A stretch of 64,000 nucleotides of DNA. Origin: the human T2T-CHM13v2.0 reference genome, Homo sapiens. The notes under the pieces were generated by a model. The model did not search any database. It worked only from the letters and a program-made list of their open reading frames with translations, and was not told the DNA's origin. The stretch lies in the NCBI RefSeq assembly GCF_009914755.1, contig NC_060925.1. One strand, 5' to 3'. A program made the translations under genes and the position numbers. Below, in pieces: positions 43,004 to 61,043 of the stretch (position 1 is the first letter of the stretch; the number at the start of each line of letters is the position of its first letter).

Positions 43004-43141
43004 AGGCTAGGTGCAGTGACTCACACCTATAATCCCAGTACTTTGGGAGGCCAAGGCAGGAAGATTACTTGAGGACAGAAGTTCAAGACCAGTCGTTGTC
43101 AACATGGCAAGACTCCCATCTCTACTAAAAACAAAAAAAAA
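43004..43141 (+). mobile_element. Free left Alu monomer (FLAM/AluJ half)
   Basis: Left arm only, ending in an A run. Confidence 0.75.
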
Positions 43142-43680
43142 TGTTATTGGCTATAATGCTCTGATCTTTTTCAGACTAGATATTATTATTCCAATAAATA
43201 ATTCATAATTATGTCCAAGGCTTACAGTTTATTTAGCTATTCCTTATGTGCCAATATTTACTTAGGAAAATTTTAACATTAGCAGACAAAAGTATATAAC
43301 TAAATTTTAGCAATTAATAACTCTATAAATGCACCTCTTCTACGGTTGATAATGTGCACAAACTTTTATTTATATGAGGCAAGCAACTGGCCCAAAACAT
43401 TGTAAGTATCTATTGTTTAAGTAATTGGAAGTTATTTTCATATGTAATTTCTACAATAGTATATGACTTACAATAGAAGATACAAAGTCAAGCAATAGAG
43501 TTATGCCAGATATCATTTATTTCACTGCGACTTGTTGACTTTTCAGATTTTAGTAAAAATAAGATTTCTATGTTGTTATAAGTTCTTAAAGGCTGGGCAA
43601 CTATTTTGAGATGTGTCTGGTGAATGACCCTGAAATATTTGTAAATTATTAAAAAAGTATTTAAAAAAAAATTGATTTAT

Positions 43681-43975
<295 letters not shown>

Positions 43976-44969
43976 GATTTATACTTGTTTCTTCATTTTA
44001 AATAATCCATGTATTATTACCATAATACAAATCTGCTTTATCATCCACTGAAACATCTTCAACAATCTCTTGGCACTTAGTCTTCATTATCTGACTTATC
44101 TCACAGATTCATTCAACATGGATAGAATGTCTACTAGGTAGATCCTGAAAAATCTGCCAACATTGTCATTCTCAACACGACTTCCATTGTGACTTTGTCC
44201 TACTTAAGAACTAACATTTATTCTTCATTATATGTTGCATAATATGCAGACTCTTTTGTGTGATTTTAAGCCATTATAACCCAACCCTAAATACAGACCT
44301 TGGCAATCCATCACCTGTGTTCTTTCACTGACTGCTGTTTCATCAAAGTTCTTGTCCTTTTCATATGCTATCCCTGCTTATGCTTCTGGAATACTTTCAT
44401 GGATTTTCTATTTAAAGTGATCTTCTTTTTCTCCTTCACACACAGTCATCTAAACCCTACAAACACTTGGGGACCTACCATCATCTTTATGATGTACACC
44501 TATAAACTGGCTGTTATTCCTTTCCCAGGTCTGCGAATCTCTGTATAGTCAGAAACTTGATAATAAACTTTTCTTTTAGATGGGATGGATGCATCTCTTC
44601 CATTAGGCTATTAATAAGGATATAGTATAGACAACTTATAATTCTTTTGTGAACTTGACTTCTTTTTATTAGAAACCTGGACACATCACAATGCTAAATC
44701 ATATAATTGATCATTGATTAATTGATGAATAAATGACGACCATATTTTCTGGCATTGACATTCCATTATTCCATGTTTCAAAACCCACTGAATATATTTT
44801 TAGAAAATATTTACTTAAAAATTGTGAGAGACTTTCAAGAATTTAATCCAAAATCTACAATGAAACCTCAATTTGCCCTAGTCATATCACTTTTTTACTT
44901 TTAGTTAAACAGATAATACTTTAAGAGCTGGTGTTATTATTATTTTTTTATTCTTATTTATTTCACTAG

Positions 44970-47310
44970 TGTATTAGTCCATTTTCATACTGCTATGAAG
45001 AAACACAAAAGACTCGGTAATTTATTTAAAAAAAAACAAGTTTAAAGGACTCACAGTTCCATATGGCTGTGGAGGCCTCACAATCATGGTGGAAAACAAA
45101 GTGGGAGCAAAGGCACATCTTACATGATGGCAGACAAAAAAATGCGTGCAGGGGAACTGTCTTTTATAAAACCATCAGATCTCATGAGGCTTATTTACTA
45201 TTATGAGAATAGCAGGGGAAAAACCCTCCCGCATGATTCAATACCTCTCACCAGGTTCCTCTCACAACATGTGAGGATTATGGGAACTACAATTTAAGAT
45301 GAGATTTGGGTGGGGACATAGCCAAACAATACCATTCTGTCCTTTCCCCTTCCCAAATCTCATGTTCTCACATTTCAAAACCAATCATGTCTTCCCAAAT
45401 GTCCTCCAAAATCTTAGCTTGTTTCAGCACTAACTCAAAAGTCTATAATCCAAAATCTCATCTGAGAATAAGCAAGTCAGTTCCACCTATGAGCCTGTAA
45501 AATCAAACACAAATGAGTTACTTCCTAGATTCACTGGAGTACAAGAATTGAGTAAATATACTAATTCCAAGTGGGAGAAATAAGCCAAAACGAAGGGGAC
45601 ATAGGCCCCATGCAACTCTGAATTCTAGCAGGGCAGCCAAATCTTAAAGCTCCAAAATGATCTCCTTTGACTCTATGTCTCACATCCAGGTCACGGTGAT
45701 GCAAGTGGTGGGTTCTCATGTTCTTGGGAAGCTCCACCCCCTGACTTTGCAGGGTACAGCTACTCTCCTGGCTTCTTTCACGGGCTGGTGTTGAGTTGCT
45801 GTGGCTTTTCTAGGCACACAGTGTAAGCCGTCAGTGGATCTTTCATGCTGGGGTCTGGGGATGGTGGCCGTCTTCTCACAGCCCCACTAGGAAGTTCCCC
45901 AGTGGTGACTCTGAGTGGGAGCTCCTACCCCACATTTCCCTTCTGCAGTGCCCTAGCAGAGGTTATCCATGAGGGCTTTGACCTTGCAACACACCTTTGC
46001 CTAGATATCCAGACATTTCCAAACATCCTCTCAAATCTAGGCAAAGGTTCCCAAACCTTAATTCTTGACTTCTGTGCAGCCACAGGCCCAACACCACATG
46101 TAAGCTGCCGAGGCTTGGGGCTTGCACCCTCTGAAGTAATGGCCTGAGGTGTACAATGACCCCTTTTAGCCATGGCTGGGATGCAAGGCACCAAGTCCCA
46201 AGACTGCACAAAGCAGCAAGGCCAACAGCCCTGCCCATGAAACCATTCTTTCCTTCTACACCTCCAAGCCTGTGATAGGAGGGGCTCTTGTGAAAACCTC
46301 TGACATTCTCTGGAGACATTTTTCCCATTGTCTTGGTGATTGATATTTGGCTCCTTGTTACTTATGTGGATTTCTGGAGCAAACTTGAATTTCTCCTGAG
46401 ATAAATAAGTTTTTCTTTTTTATCACATTATCAGGTGTAAAATTTTCTGGACTTTTATGCTGTGCTTCCCTTTTAAATATGAGTTTCAAATCCATACCAT
46501 GTATTTGTGAATGAATAAAACTGAATGCTTTTAAAAGCACCCAAGTCACCTCTTGAACACTTTGCTGCTTAGAAATTTTTTCCACCAGATACCCTAAATC
46601 ATCTCTCTCAAGTTCAAAGTCCCACAGATCTCTAGGGCAGGGGCAAAAGGCAGCCCGTCTCTGCTAAAGCAAAGCAAGAATCACCTTTGCTTCAGTTCCC
46701 AATAAGTTCCTCATCTCCATCTGAGACCACCTGTCTGGACTTCATTGTTCATATCACTATCAGCATTTTGGTCAAAACCATTCAACAAGTCTCTATGAAG
46801 CTTCAAACTTTCACACATCTTCCGGTCTTCTTCTAAGCCCTCCAAACTGTTCCAATCTCTGACTGTTACACAGTTCTAAAGTCACTTCCACATTTTTGGG
46901 CATCTTAATAGCAAGCAGTACCCCACTCTACTAGTACCAATTTACTGTATTAGTCCTTTCTTACACTGCTGATAAAGACATACCTGACACTGGGTAATTT
47001 ATAAAGGAAATAGGCTTAATTTACTCACTGTTCAGCATGGCTGGAGAGGCCTCAGGAAACTTACAATCATGGTGGAATGGGAAGCAATGACATCCTTCTT
47101 TATGTGGTGACAGGAGAGACAAGTGCAAGGCAACTGCTCTTTATAAAACCATCAGATCTCATGAGACTTATTCACTACACAAGAACAGCTCTGGAAAACC
47201 CACCACCATGATTCAGTTACCTCCAACCAGGTCCCTCCCGCAACATGTTGGGATTATGGGAACTACAATTCAAGATAAGATTTGGGTGGAGACATAGCCA
47301 AACCATGTCA
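44970..47310 (-). mobile_element. THE1C/D MaLR retroelement, LTR-internal-LTR (LTRs 44970-45334 and 46946-47310)
   Basis: Two ~365-bp LTRs (TGTATTAGTCC...AAACCATGTCA type) around a ~1.6-kb THE1 internal region. Confidence 0.88.
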
Positions 47311-47994
47311 AGTATTGATGTTAAAACATCAAAACTGTGAAGACAACTAGATAGTAATGTTATCTAACAAATGAGCTTAGTTTCTTTCTACATAGAAAAG
47401 AAACATCAAAGTTACATAAAAATTACATGAAAACTTTCAGAGTCTTGAAAATACTTTTACCCATTGAATGGTAGCTATGGGAACAATTTTTTATTTAGTG
47501 GCTTAAACTATTTATTTACTATGTCTTATTTTTATTTTGTTTTATTTTATTTCCCAGAAATAGGTAAGATACAAAAACCTGTGTTGTTAAGGAATTGGTT
47601 GCACAGACCTTTGAACCACAGTGACTGGAGGAATCTGTAAGTAGTGGATTTGTTTTATTTAATTCAAAGTCTGGACATCTCACATAGGGTTGAGCAAAGA
47701 AGTTTTCATCATTTCATGTGAATCTTCCTTTGGGCCCCAGAAATAATCATTTCACTCTATGAGCCAAAAAGCAGCCAAATATTTTAGTTACACCATGCAC
47801 CCTAATATGGGGGTGAATTAAGTCAGTCAACTCAATAGCTTATACTGTGTTATCACTGGAATGAGACCTGCTACTGAGATGTAAGTTTTGCTTTTTAGAT
47901 TCCACAAAAAGGAAATCATCACATTGTGGGAAGAAAGGCTACTTAATTATTTCTGCATAGACATATAGAGGTAATTTTAGAATAGGAATCAGGG

Positions 47995-50581
<2,587 letters not shown>

Positions 50582-51815
50582 CCATGGTTTTGTTTATCTC
50601 ATACTTATAGTATTATAGACAGAACTACCATTATAATGTTATTGTAAAATAAGTCACAGTTACTATAGCATGAAACATTTCTGAAATTATTTCACGTTGT
50701 GGTTTTAGGAAAGAGTTAACCGTGGATTTGTAAATTTTTTTTTATATTGTTTCTTTTTTAACCCTGAACCATCTCCTTCTAAATATTGACAGTTGGATTT
50801 ATTAGATGAATAGTGAATGAGGATTCTGCATGGGTTGCTATGTACAGCTTACTGAACTTGGAATGGTTTAAGCGAGATATTTTTCTTTAAAAAATTTTCT
50901 GTAAATAATTCTGCAATCTATGGATCTCCTGACTGCAGCTGTACTGAGCAATGGTTAATCATACAGCCAGTACAGGGATATGAAACTAGCAAAGTACCAA
51001 AGTTGAGAGACCCCAAAGACCTATTAAAATCATCCTCTGGCAAGTAAAACACATTTTGGTATATATAGAAAAAGAAGATTTGATAAGCTATGTCTGGTGA
51101 ATTCAGACTTGCTGGATTTAAAATGCCTTAGGCTGCTGTTCTTTTTTGGTATCTTTTGCAAATCATTTGTAAAGTTTGTATGTAAGTCTCTTTGATGATT
51201 TGGGTCTCTGTGATCATGCAATTTGTATAATATTTACTTTGTTCAAATGAAATCTTTATAAAAATTATATGATATTGGGTAGCACAGGTGTTACTAGCTA
51301 CATTTCAGAAAGGGACTTATACTGTGGTGATAATAGCAGCACAAAGAAATCTAGAGTAGCAGCAATTTCTTTATAGCTGATATATGCCAGATTTTGTGTT
51401 AGGTAACTCATATGTTTTACAGTTATCCAGTATGAAGCCATCTATTTAACATGAATCTCATAAAGCTTAAGCTCCAGGACACTTCTTTTGCATGGGCTCC
51501 ATTTAAGACCCTGGGAGGTCTCCTAGAAATATGTCTGCATGGTCATATTATTAGTAAAATTTGCCAGAGTAAGATTGACCATGATTAGTTAAGAACGTTG
51601 TTTTACCACTGCAACTACTCTTTGTCATTTCGCCTTTTGTTAGGTAGAGTGGAAGGGGCCAGCAAGGAGAAAATTCAAATATAGATTCATTTATTTGGGG
51701 TTTGTATACTATATTTACATGATGGGGTATAATTATACAACCTGTCATTATTTTATGTATATTAATGCCGGCAATCCTAGTGTAAATGGCTTTCTGGAAT
51801 AACCCTGTCATCCAC

Positions 51816-52229
51816 TGATATAGTTGGGATATGTGTCCACACTCAAATCTTATATTGAATTGTAATCCGCAGTGTTGAAGCTGGGACCTAATGTGGTGTA
51901 ATTGGACCTGGGGGTGGATCCTTCATGAAGAGTTTACCAGCATCCTCTTGGGCTGTTTTTGTGATAGTGAGTTCTCATGAGATATGGCTATTTAAAAGTG
52001 TGTAGCACCTCCCCTCTCACTCTCTTTTGCACCTATTCCAGCCATGTGAGACGTCTCATTCTCACTTTGCCTTCTGCCATGATTGGAAGCTTCCTGAGGC
52101 TTCTCCAGAAGTAGAAACTGCTATTCTTCCTGTACAGCCTGCAGAACCATGAGCCAATTAAACCTATTTTCTTTATAAATTACTCAGTTTCATGTATTTC
52201 TTTATAGCAATGGAAGAATGAACTAATGA
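51816..52229 (+). mobile_element. MSTA MaLR solo LTR
   Basis: TGATATAGTTGGGATATGTGTCC...CAGAACCATGAGCCAATTAAACC...GAACTAAT. Confidence 0.85.
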
Positions 52230-53408
52230 TATGTTATGATGATCACAAAGAAGACTGAGTTTGTACCATGGCATCCATGTGTTTTATGGTTCCCAGAACA
52301 TAAAATCTATAGGCAGTGGAGGAGAAACAAGATTTGAAATAAACAGAATCAGAAGCTAGTCTGTGGAAATTTCTCACAAAATTTGTAGTGCATATGAAAT
52401 ATATGTAATAGAGATTTTCCTAAATTTTTAAATAATCTAAAAATTTTATAATACTTACTTACCAATAACAAGACATGAAACAGAAATATTTCTAAGGTAT
52501 CAATAAGAAACATTTTTTCACCTTGCATATTAGAGTATCTTACTCTATATTAAGTTAAATTATGAAATCTCTTATAAAGAGGCACTCAAAGAGACTGCAG
52601 CCAAAAATATAATATTAAAAAATCACAGAAGTGTTTCAGAAAGAAAAAACATTGTTTTCCCAGATTTCCTGTTTTTTTAACTTTTTAATAAAATTAATAA
52701 TTTGTTGTAATATCTTTACTCATTATAGTCACTTCTGTACCTTGTGTTTGTAGTTTTATTTCTTAAAGTTAGATCAAATTTCATGTGCATTAAGTCCATG
52801 ATTTACCCTGCCTTCAAGGTCAATACTGTTCTTTGTATTCATATGAATAACATACCTGCTGGGGCCAGGATTAAAATGTCATCTAACAAGTTTTTTCTAT
52901 TCTGGTGAGCTTTCTTTTGTCTAGATTACATCAATCATAAGGGAGAGAAAAAAGTCTGACGTCCTGAAGAAGACTATATCTATATATGGAAAGAATATAA
53001 AAGCATAGACATTCAATTATCTATTCATTCTATTGAGTGCCAAATTAAAGTTTATTTGGTTTAAATGGATAACACTGCATCCCTGATGCAGGCTAATATG
53101 CAAAATATTCTGTTATTGCTATACTTTCATCATTATGTAAAATATGTAATTACAAAAATATCTCTTTGAAATTTTAAGTATAATCTACCTTTATTTTATA
53201 AATTCAGTATTACCATGTCCTTTTCACTATCTTATGCATGTGGGGGATTTAGACAACTTATCTCTGAATGGTAATATGTTTGTTCAGAAGTGTAAAACTG
53301 TTCTAATCTGGATGGTCAAGAAAGAATCAAAAGCTTTATCTGAAATTGAGAATAATTTGGAACCTATTTAAGAAAGAAAATGACCAATCCAGGTAGCCAA
53401 GACTTGAG

Positions 53409-53418
53409 TTTATTTATT
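53409..53418 (-). terminator. Overlapping polyadenylation signals AATAAATAAA (likely distal PAS of COL11A1)
   Basis: Plus strand tttatttatt = two overlapping AATAAA on the minus strand; T-rich sequence follows on the minus strand. Confidence 0.7.
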
Positions 53419-54611
53419 GGATTCATATCTCCCTTCTTAAAAGGACATTTACAAACTCGATTTCAAAAATAAAAGAAATTCTTTATGACAAATTTCACTT
53501 TTTAATTTCAATATTACAGGTATGTTCTTTTGTCATAAATTATCAGTTGAAACTGTTCCAGTGAAATCTGGTATCAATTAATTTAACACTTTATATAAGA
53601 AATAAAACATTTATTTTCAAGTCTTACATATATTACTTAAAATAGATACAAAATTCAGTTTTTAATTTTTAAATTGTATTGCTATTTCAAGCTACCTTAA
53701 AGTAAATACCTTAGTGGAAAAAAAAGTTTAGATTTTCCTGAATGACTTAAAACAAATACTCTTAATAACAGTCCACCATATGTTATTCATTTAGCAATTA
53801 GGTAGGTCAAATGATTTATAAAATTATCTTGAAAGGAAAAAAGTAATATTTGTTGGGCAAGTAAAATAATTTTCGAGACTGTTATAATATGCAACTTAGA
53901 ATCAAATTCAAGAACTTGATTGATAAGAAAATCTAACATTGCACAAATTCATAAATAATTGCTTAATTTCCATCTTTAATATTAACCTGCATTATTGAAG
54001 CACACTGAAAACAAGGAGATGAGATAACGTAGAAAAAAAGTATACATATGATTGTTTGCTTGACGGAGGCATTGATTTGTTAATATACTTTCTTACACAC
54101 ATTTCCCTGTCCAAAAATATAAACTTGCTTGTTTTCCATATATACAAGTATCCTGTGAAATCCTGGATTCTGAGAAGAAAAAGTTTGAGGTATAGCCTTG
54201 AATAAAGCATCAAAATGCATAATATTTTTGGCTGAAATTCAGCAAAATGACTGTCGGCAGAGAAGAGTTGATCAGAGTGTGCTTCCAAAAGTCTTCCAGA
54301 TTTTTGCCCTCTGAGAATTTTGTTGGCGACATCAAATAATTGAACTCTTCAACATCAATATATACAAAGGCATTTTATTATTAACCAAAGAAAGGGACTT
54401 AGAGTCATCAGAAATTACAACTTTATTTTTTCATAATACATATATTTATTGCCATCAGAGTTCTGCAATTCTCATAAAATTAGAGTCAGATGGAATTCAG
54501 GGACACGTGCAAGTTTTGGAAATGGACACAGATAACAGTATAGAACTGTACACAAAATAATTACAATTTATTAAACACACTGTTTTAGTACATCCTGGAT
54601 GGATGAGAATG

Positions 54612-54666
54612 AGCACCATATTTTTTATGAATATATATTTTTCTTTTTTTGTTTTCTACAGCACCA
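54612..54666 (-). promoter_or_regulatory. Two miR-29 7mer-m8 seed matches (TGGTGCT) in the COL11A1 3'UTR
   Basis: AGCACCA (miR-29 nt 2-8) on the plus strand at 54612-54618 and 54660-54666; miR-29 is an established regulator of collagen mRNAs. Confidence 0.65.
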
Positions 54667-54939
54667 AAGAAATTCAAATAGGAAAAGGAGAGTTGAGAAT
54701 TGGGAATCAAGAATCAGCCCTGTTTCCATCTTAGCCACACCAACTTATATCTTTATGATTTTCAAAGCTTTTGCCATGTGATTCTGCCCCCACAAAGGCA
54801 TCGGTATTTCCTAAATGGTACCTGTATATGCAGCGTTGTTTTCTATACCATCCTTATTCAAAACTTGCATGTGGCACAAAATGGGTTGGTGGCACCAAGG
54901 TATATTTTCTGTTGATTTGATATGTTCTTTGTCTTAATC

Positions 54940-55212
<273 letters not shown>

Positions 55213-55393
55213 CTATTATCTATGTAATAATTCTTATCACTGTATAGTTCTAAATTTTGAATATTGATTAGTACATTTAATACTTAGCTGTAATTACTTA
55301 ACTATGATAGTGCTATATATTTTGTAATTAAAAAGAGTCTTGAGTTTCATAATAAATACAATTTAATATGAAAATTGATGTTGGTATTGAATC

Positions 55394-55396
<3 letters not shown>

Positions 55397-55452
<56 letters not shown>
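55397..55452. repeat. (AT)28 microsatellite in the last intron of COL11A1
   Basis: 56-bp pure AT run, read directly. Confidence 0.95.
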
Positions 55453-55770
<318 letters not shown>

Positions 55771-56595
55771 TAATACATCTTTACCATTATAGTTAAGATA
55801 TACATAGTCAAATTCTCTTACAGAAAAAGTTAAATACAGGTTCACAACTATAACACACAAGGTCAAATGTCAAAAAAATTTCTTCTGCTATATGTTAATT
55901 TTATGAATATTTAACAATAAACTATATTGGAAAAGCTTTTCCCAACTCTTGCTCCATTCATTTGCTTTACTCTCTCTTCTTCATTCTACTTGCACTCCAC
56001 TCATTTTGATGAAAACATGAACTTACTTATTTACAATTGTGACTTCTCTTCAGTCATCAATACTCAGCTAAAGCAATGAACTTTTTAGGGCACCTATTTA
56101 TTATTTTCTTATGTAAAATCTTATGTGTGTGAACAAGGTAGTTCTATAAGATAGAGATAACAATAATGATACTGGATCTCAAACTGATATAGTACAAATT
56201 AACAAGCTTCTTATAAACAAAATATAGGGCTAAAAATTATTGATATTATAAATGGTATAATGGTGATTCCTTTATCTGTCATTTTAAAATCAGCAATAAG
56301 GAGGCAAATGAAATAAGTGTTTTTATTTTCTTTTTCATTTTAGGAATAACTAGCTGTGATATGATTCAAATGTCAGAATAAAATAACATATAATCCAAGA
56401 TTACCTTCTGTATGCCTTTAAAAATGTTTCAGAGTGTCTATGTGCATAACTGTGTGTGTGTTAACATTACTGGTTTCTCACATACCATAGTTTAACATGT
56501 CAAGATTAAGCAACAAATGTTAATAACAACTGACGTCCATTTCATGAGAAAAATCTGGCTAAGGACCGACTGAAACGGTGACATGCTGCCTATCA

Positions 56596-56865
<270 letters not shown>

Positions 56866-58555
56866 CTAGGAATAAAGGAATAAAAAGACACCTAATGACT
56901 CTTTTCCTCTTTTATGCTACAAAGAATTAAATCACTGCAGACAGTGAACTGTGATGCCAGAAGCATGTAGATGAATCAAAAGACCCACCTTAACCTAATG
57001 AAAAAAAGTGTACATTGAGGGTCAGAAGACCCAGAGACAAGATTTTATGAATTGTATCCCACCTAAGTTACTGTAGCCACTGCTTATCTTTGAAAAAACC
57101 ACTTTATCTCTAAGTCTTAGTTTCCTAAACAGTAAAGACTATAAAAAATGCTTTAGTTTCCAAGAAATGTTTCAATATATTTCTGTATCTTTTTGAAAAA
57201 AAAATTGGTAAAATAATGGAACAATGAAAACCAAGGAATCTCAGAATAATGCAAAGATTAGCTGGTTTTATGTTGTTTGATTTTGACTATTCCTTTCAAA
57301 CATTTCAAAATGTATCAACTTTACCCAAATCTGTAAACATGTTCCTACACTTTTCATTTTGGGGCTATAGTCCTCAAAGGTTATTAATATTTTCAGAAAT
57401 GCCTGTTTATCTATTTTTAGATGATGTGTGTATTCAACATTGTATTGCCAGCAGCAGGCATAATGTGCAAGACAAGGCAAGTTAATATTTGTTGAGTCAA
57501 TACTTATTCTGAAATTATAGCAGGAAAATAGTCTCAGTTGTAATTTATTAGCAACTGTCTCATATCATCTTTATAAATTGTCTTATTTTTGGTAATAAAA
57601 ATATCTGAGTTCAGCTGTAACATATACACTTAAATTTGAAAAAAAAAAGGTTAAGATGTTCACCTAGATTATAGATTAGGTCAATGTAAAGGCAGTTATT
57701 TGTTACTTTCTTCCTTAAAACAGATTTTACTTAGTTCTTACTGAATAGTAGGTCAGATCATGAGTATTCTTGGGGGTTGAAGAAAAAAATCTACTGGGAA
57801 AATTCAATCCACACACATAGAGTTCTATCTGTATATATTTTTAAACTTATACAAAGATAATAATGTAATATGGATATTTAATATGCAACTTGAAGACTGT
57901 AATAGAGAATTATAACTCCAGTGGAGAGTGTCAATAAAAGTGGTTAATATGCATGAGTTTGTATAGAAATAATAACTGTATAAATAATCATAAATGGAAA
58001 ATAATAGCTTTTCAAAGAAAATTAAACAACTGAATAATTATCTGGATAACTGGAAAACACTTTAAATTCAATAACTTCTAAATAAAATACTTTAAACACA
58101 TGTATATGATTAAACACCTTTTAAAGATTAATTTAATTTTGACATCTAATCTTAAAATATCTTTAGAAAATTATTGAAATGAACTGGTAATTGTATGGAA
58201 ATCTTTAAATTTGTGCCAGAACAATCAGAAAAAGTTGCACATTCCAACTTATTGATATGAAGAATAAAGAAGGAATTAGGTTTCAAGCAGACAGAAAGTG
58301 AAATAATAGGAAGATATTAAGTAGATATTATATTCTTTATACCTGATATTTCTAACATAATCAATTTTTATGATGTCTATCTCAGGTACTTAATAAATTG
58401 TATGCATGATTTGATCCTTGTTTTCCATAAATTTAGCATATTTCCATTTACTTTTATACAAAAATGTTAGGTTGCTTTAAGATACCACAGTGGTCTAAGA
58501 GATATTAAGTGGAACAAACTAGAGACCACAGGGAATCCTCATTTAGCATAATTTA

Positions 58556-58855
<300 letters not shown>

Positions 58856-60119
58856 TTATACAAAATGAGACAAAGAGAAAAATTTGAGATAGATCCTGTA
58901 CATTCTATGTAGTGAAGATTGAGTCATTTCCTTTTTGTTGTCTTTATCAGCTCTAAAGGAAAAGGGGAAAGACAACCGGGTATAGGCATACTAAGGGTTA
59001 TAGGGGACATTGGTGGAACACTCAGAAACCCTTTGCAAAGGAAATCCTCAAAATGTCAGTCAGCTTCATCAAGCAAGGCAGGTACCATCTTCACTCCATA
59101 GCCAAGGAACATGTTTGAAAGTAGCCAGTAGCTAAGGAGATATACTGTGTGAAAGGCACTGATTGGAAGCAACCTGAATTACTCCCTGCTGGTTAGAATA
59201 TTTAGAATCTTATAGATCTGCATTTATTGTTCTGCTTTGTGAAGAACAGCAAAGGGTATATAAGTCTTCACAATAGGGAACTCGAGTTATCTGTGTAAGA
59301 AACAACATTTTCTGTTTTTCCACATTTCTCTGGAGGCTAGGGGAGCTTTACTGTGCTTCATTACATGCCAAGTAGTGTTGGAAGATGGAAGTTGTTTTTT
59401 CTCCTGCCCTTACTACCCACTCTTTACTCAGAAACTTAACTTTTCTCCCAAAACCATTAGTCACACATAAAGCTACTTGTTTTGCCTTAAGGAGTTTCTG
59501 TGCCTCTATTGTCCACACCATTTACTAGGAAGAATGAGATTTATTACATGAATACCAATAAAGACAAAATGTCCACTTATAAAATGTTTGGAGAATATAG
59601 TTATGCTCGTGAACAAACTTTCTTTACATTAATGATTTGCATTTAGCTTTGAAGACAGAACTCAGTGTACTGGTAATAATGTTAGGTAAAAATTAAAGAA
59701 TTTGTTTAAAGAAACTAAATATTTAAAAAATATGTAAGTGCAGAAAAGACTTGTATATAAAAGTTTAATTCTTTATAAAATTAGATATTTTGGGTGTAAT
59801 ATGCAGCTGTGAGGTCTCTGATGTGGTAATTGGGCAGAAGAACACTTTAGTGGCACTAAAATTTGAGATTCAGCTGTGCTGTGTCATGGAAATCCATAGA
59901 ATTTTAGTGAGCAAGCAGGTGCAGAAAGAATACATCTGGGTAAAAAATAAAGAAGAGAAGTATTTGTTAACTCTGTGCATCAATTTGGTGCTTATTCATG
60001 TTTATGCAAATGAAGTACTCTAATTATTTTGTAAGAAAAGCAGATAAATGAAAATATGACAGTATAATTTTCCTGTTTAGTTCAATATTGCAAAACATGG
60101 CAGGAACTGTCAACATTCA

Positions 60120-60278
<159 letters not shown>

Positions 60279-61043
60279 TCATATAAAAATTCATTGACAT
60301 CATTGTTGAATGCATTAGATGTCAAATTTTGTTAGAAAGAGAAATAAGGAAAATACATATTAATAGATCTTTTGCCTTTTAAGCTTTTGGGCATATTGGG
60401 GTACGGTTTTTAATAAAGAGTGATACTTTCTCTTGTCTGCCTCAAAGCTTTGCAAATGCCCCATATGTTCTACCTGGAATACCTTTTTAAAATTCTTAGC
60501 ATGCCTATCACTTTTTGGTTTCAACTTAAATATCATCTCCTCAAATATTAACATTCCATTTATCCCTGTGTAATAAATTGCATGCATATTGAAATAAGAT
60601 ATACTTGACTCCAAATCTCATAAGTATTATTTACTACTTAAGTAATCTGAGTAGTGTAATCAATATATTTTCTTCCTAGTTTATTCATTTGTAACAGTGG
60701 AGGTGATATCGTATCTACTTAGCCTCAGAGATCATACCTCTGCCTTATTTTATAAAAAAAAAAAACTTCTTGCAATAAATGTACTCTCTCTTTGAAGGGG
60801 GGTCCTAAGAAGGACTACTTTATATTTTAATGCAGCCTGCTATTAATGCCATTGCTGAAATGTTGCAGAACACATTTTATTATGTGAATAATCATCACCA
60901 TTCATTTGGTGTTATGTGAGTAAGCATGGAAAATAGTGGGAGTAACAAAGTTATTCTTTAGATAACTGACAATACGGCTTTAGTTAACAAAAGTTACTAG
61001 GAGCCAAAAGTGATATACATGTAAACATTACTTTGCTTCCTTC

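Larger units (their letters stand above)
53390..54939 (-). other. COL11A1: COL11A1 3'UTR (~1.55 kb to the distal poly(A) site; end approximate)
   Basis: Repeat-free AT-rich sequence after the stop codon, ending near overlapping AATAAA hexamers; cleavage site inferred ~20 nt past them. Confidence 0.75.

Noticed and set aside
51430-52810. hAT-type DNA transposon remnant around the MSTA LTR
   Set aside because: Only a vague resemblance; I could not fix terminal repeats or boundaries by eye.
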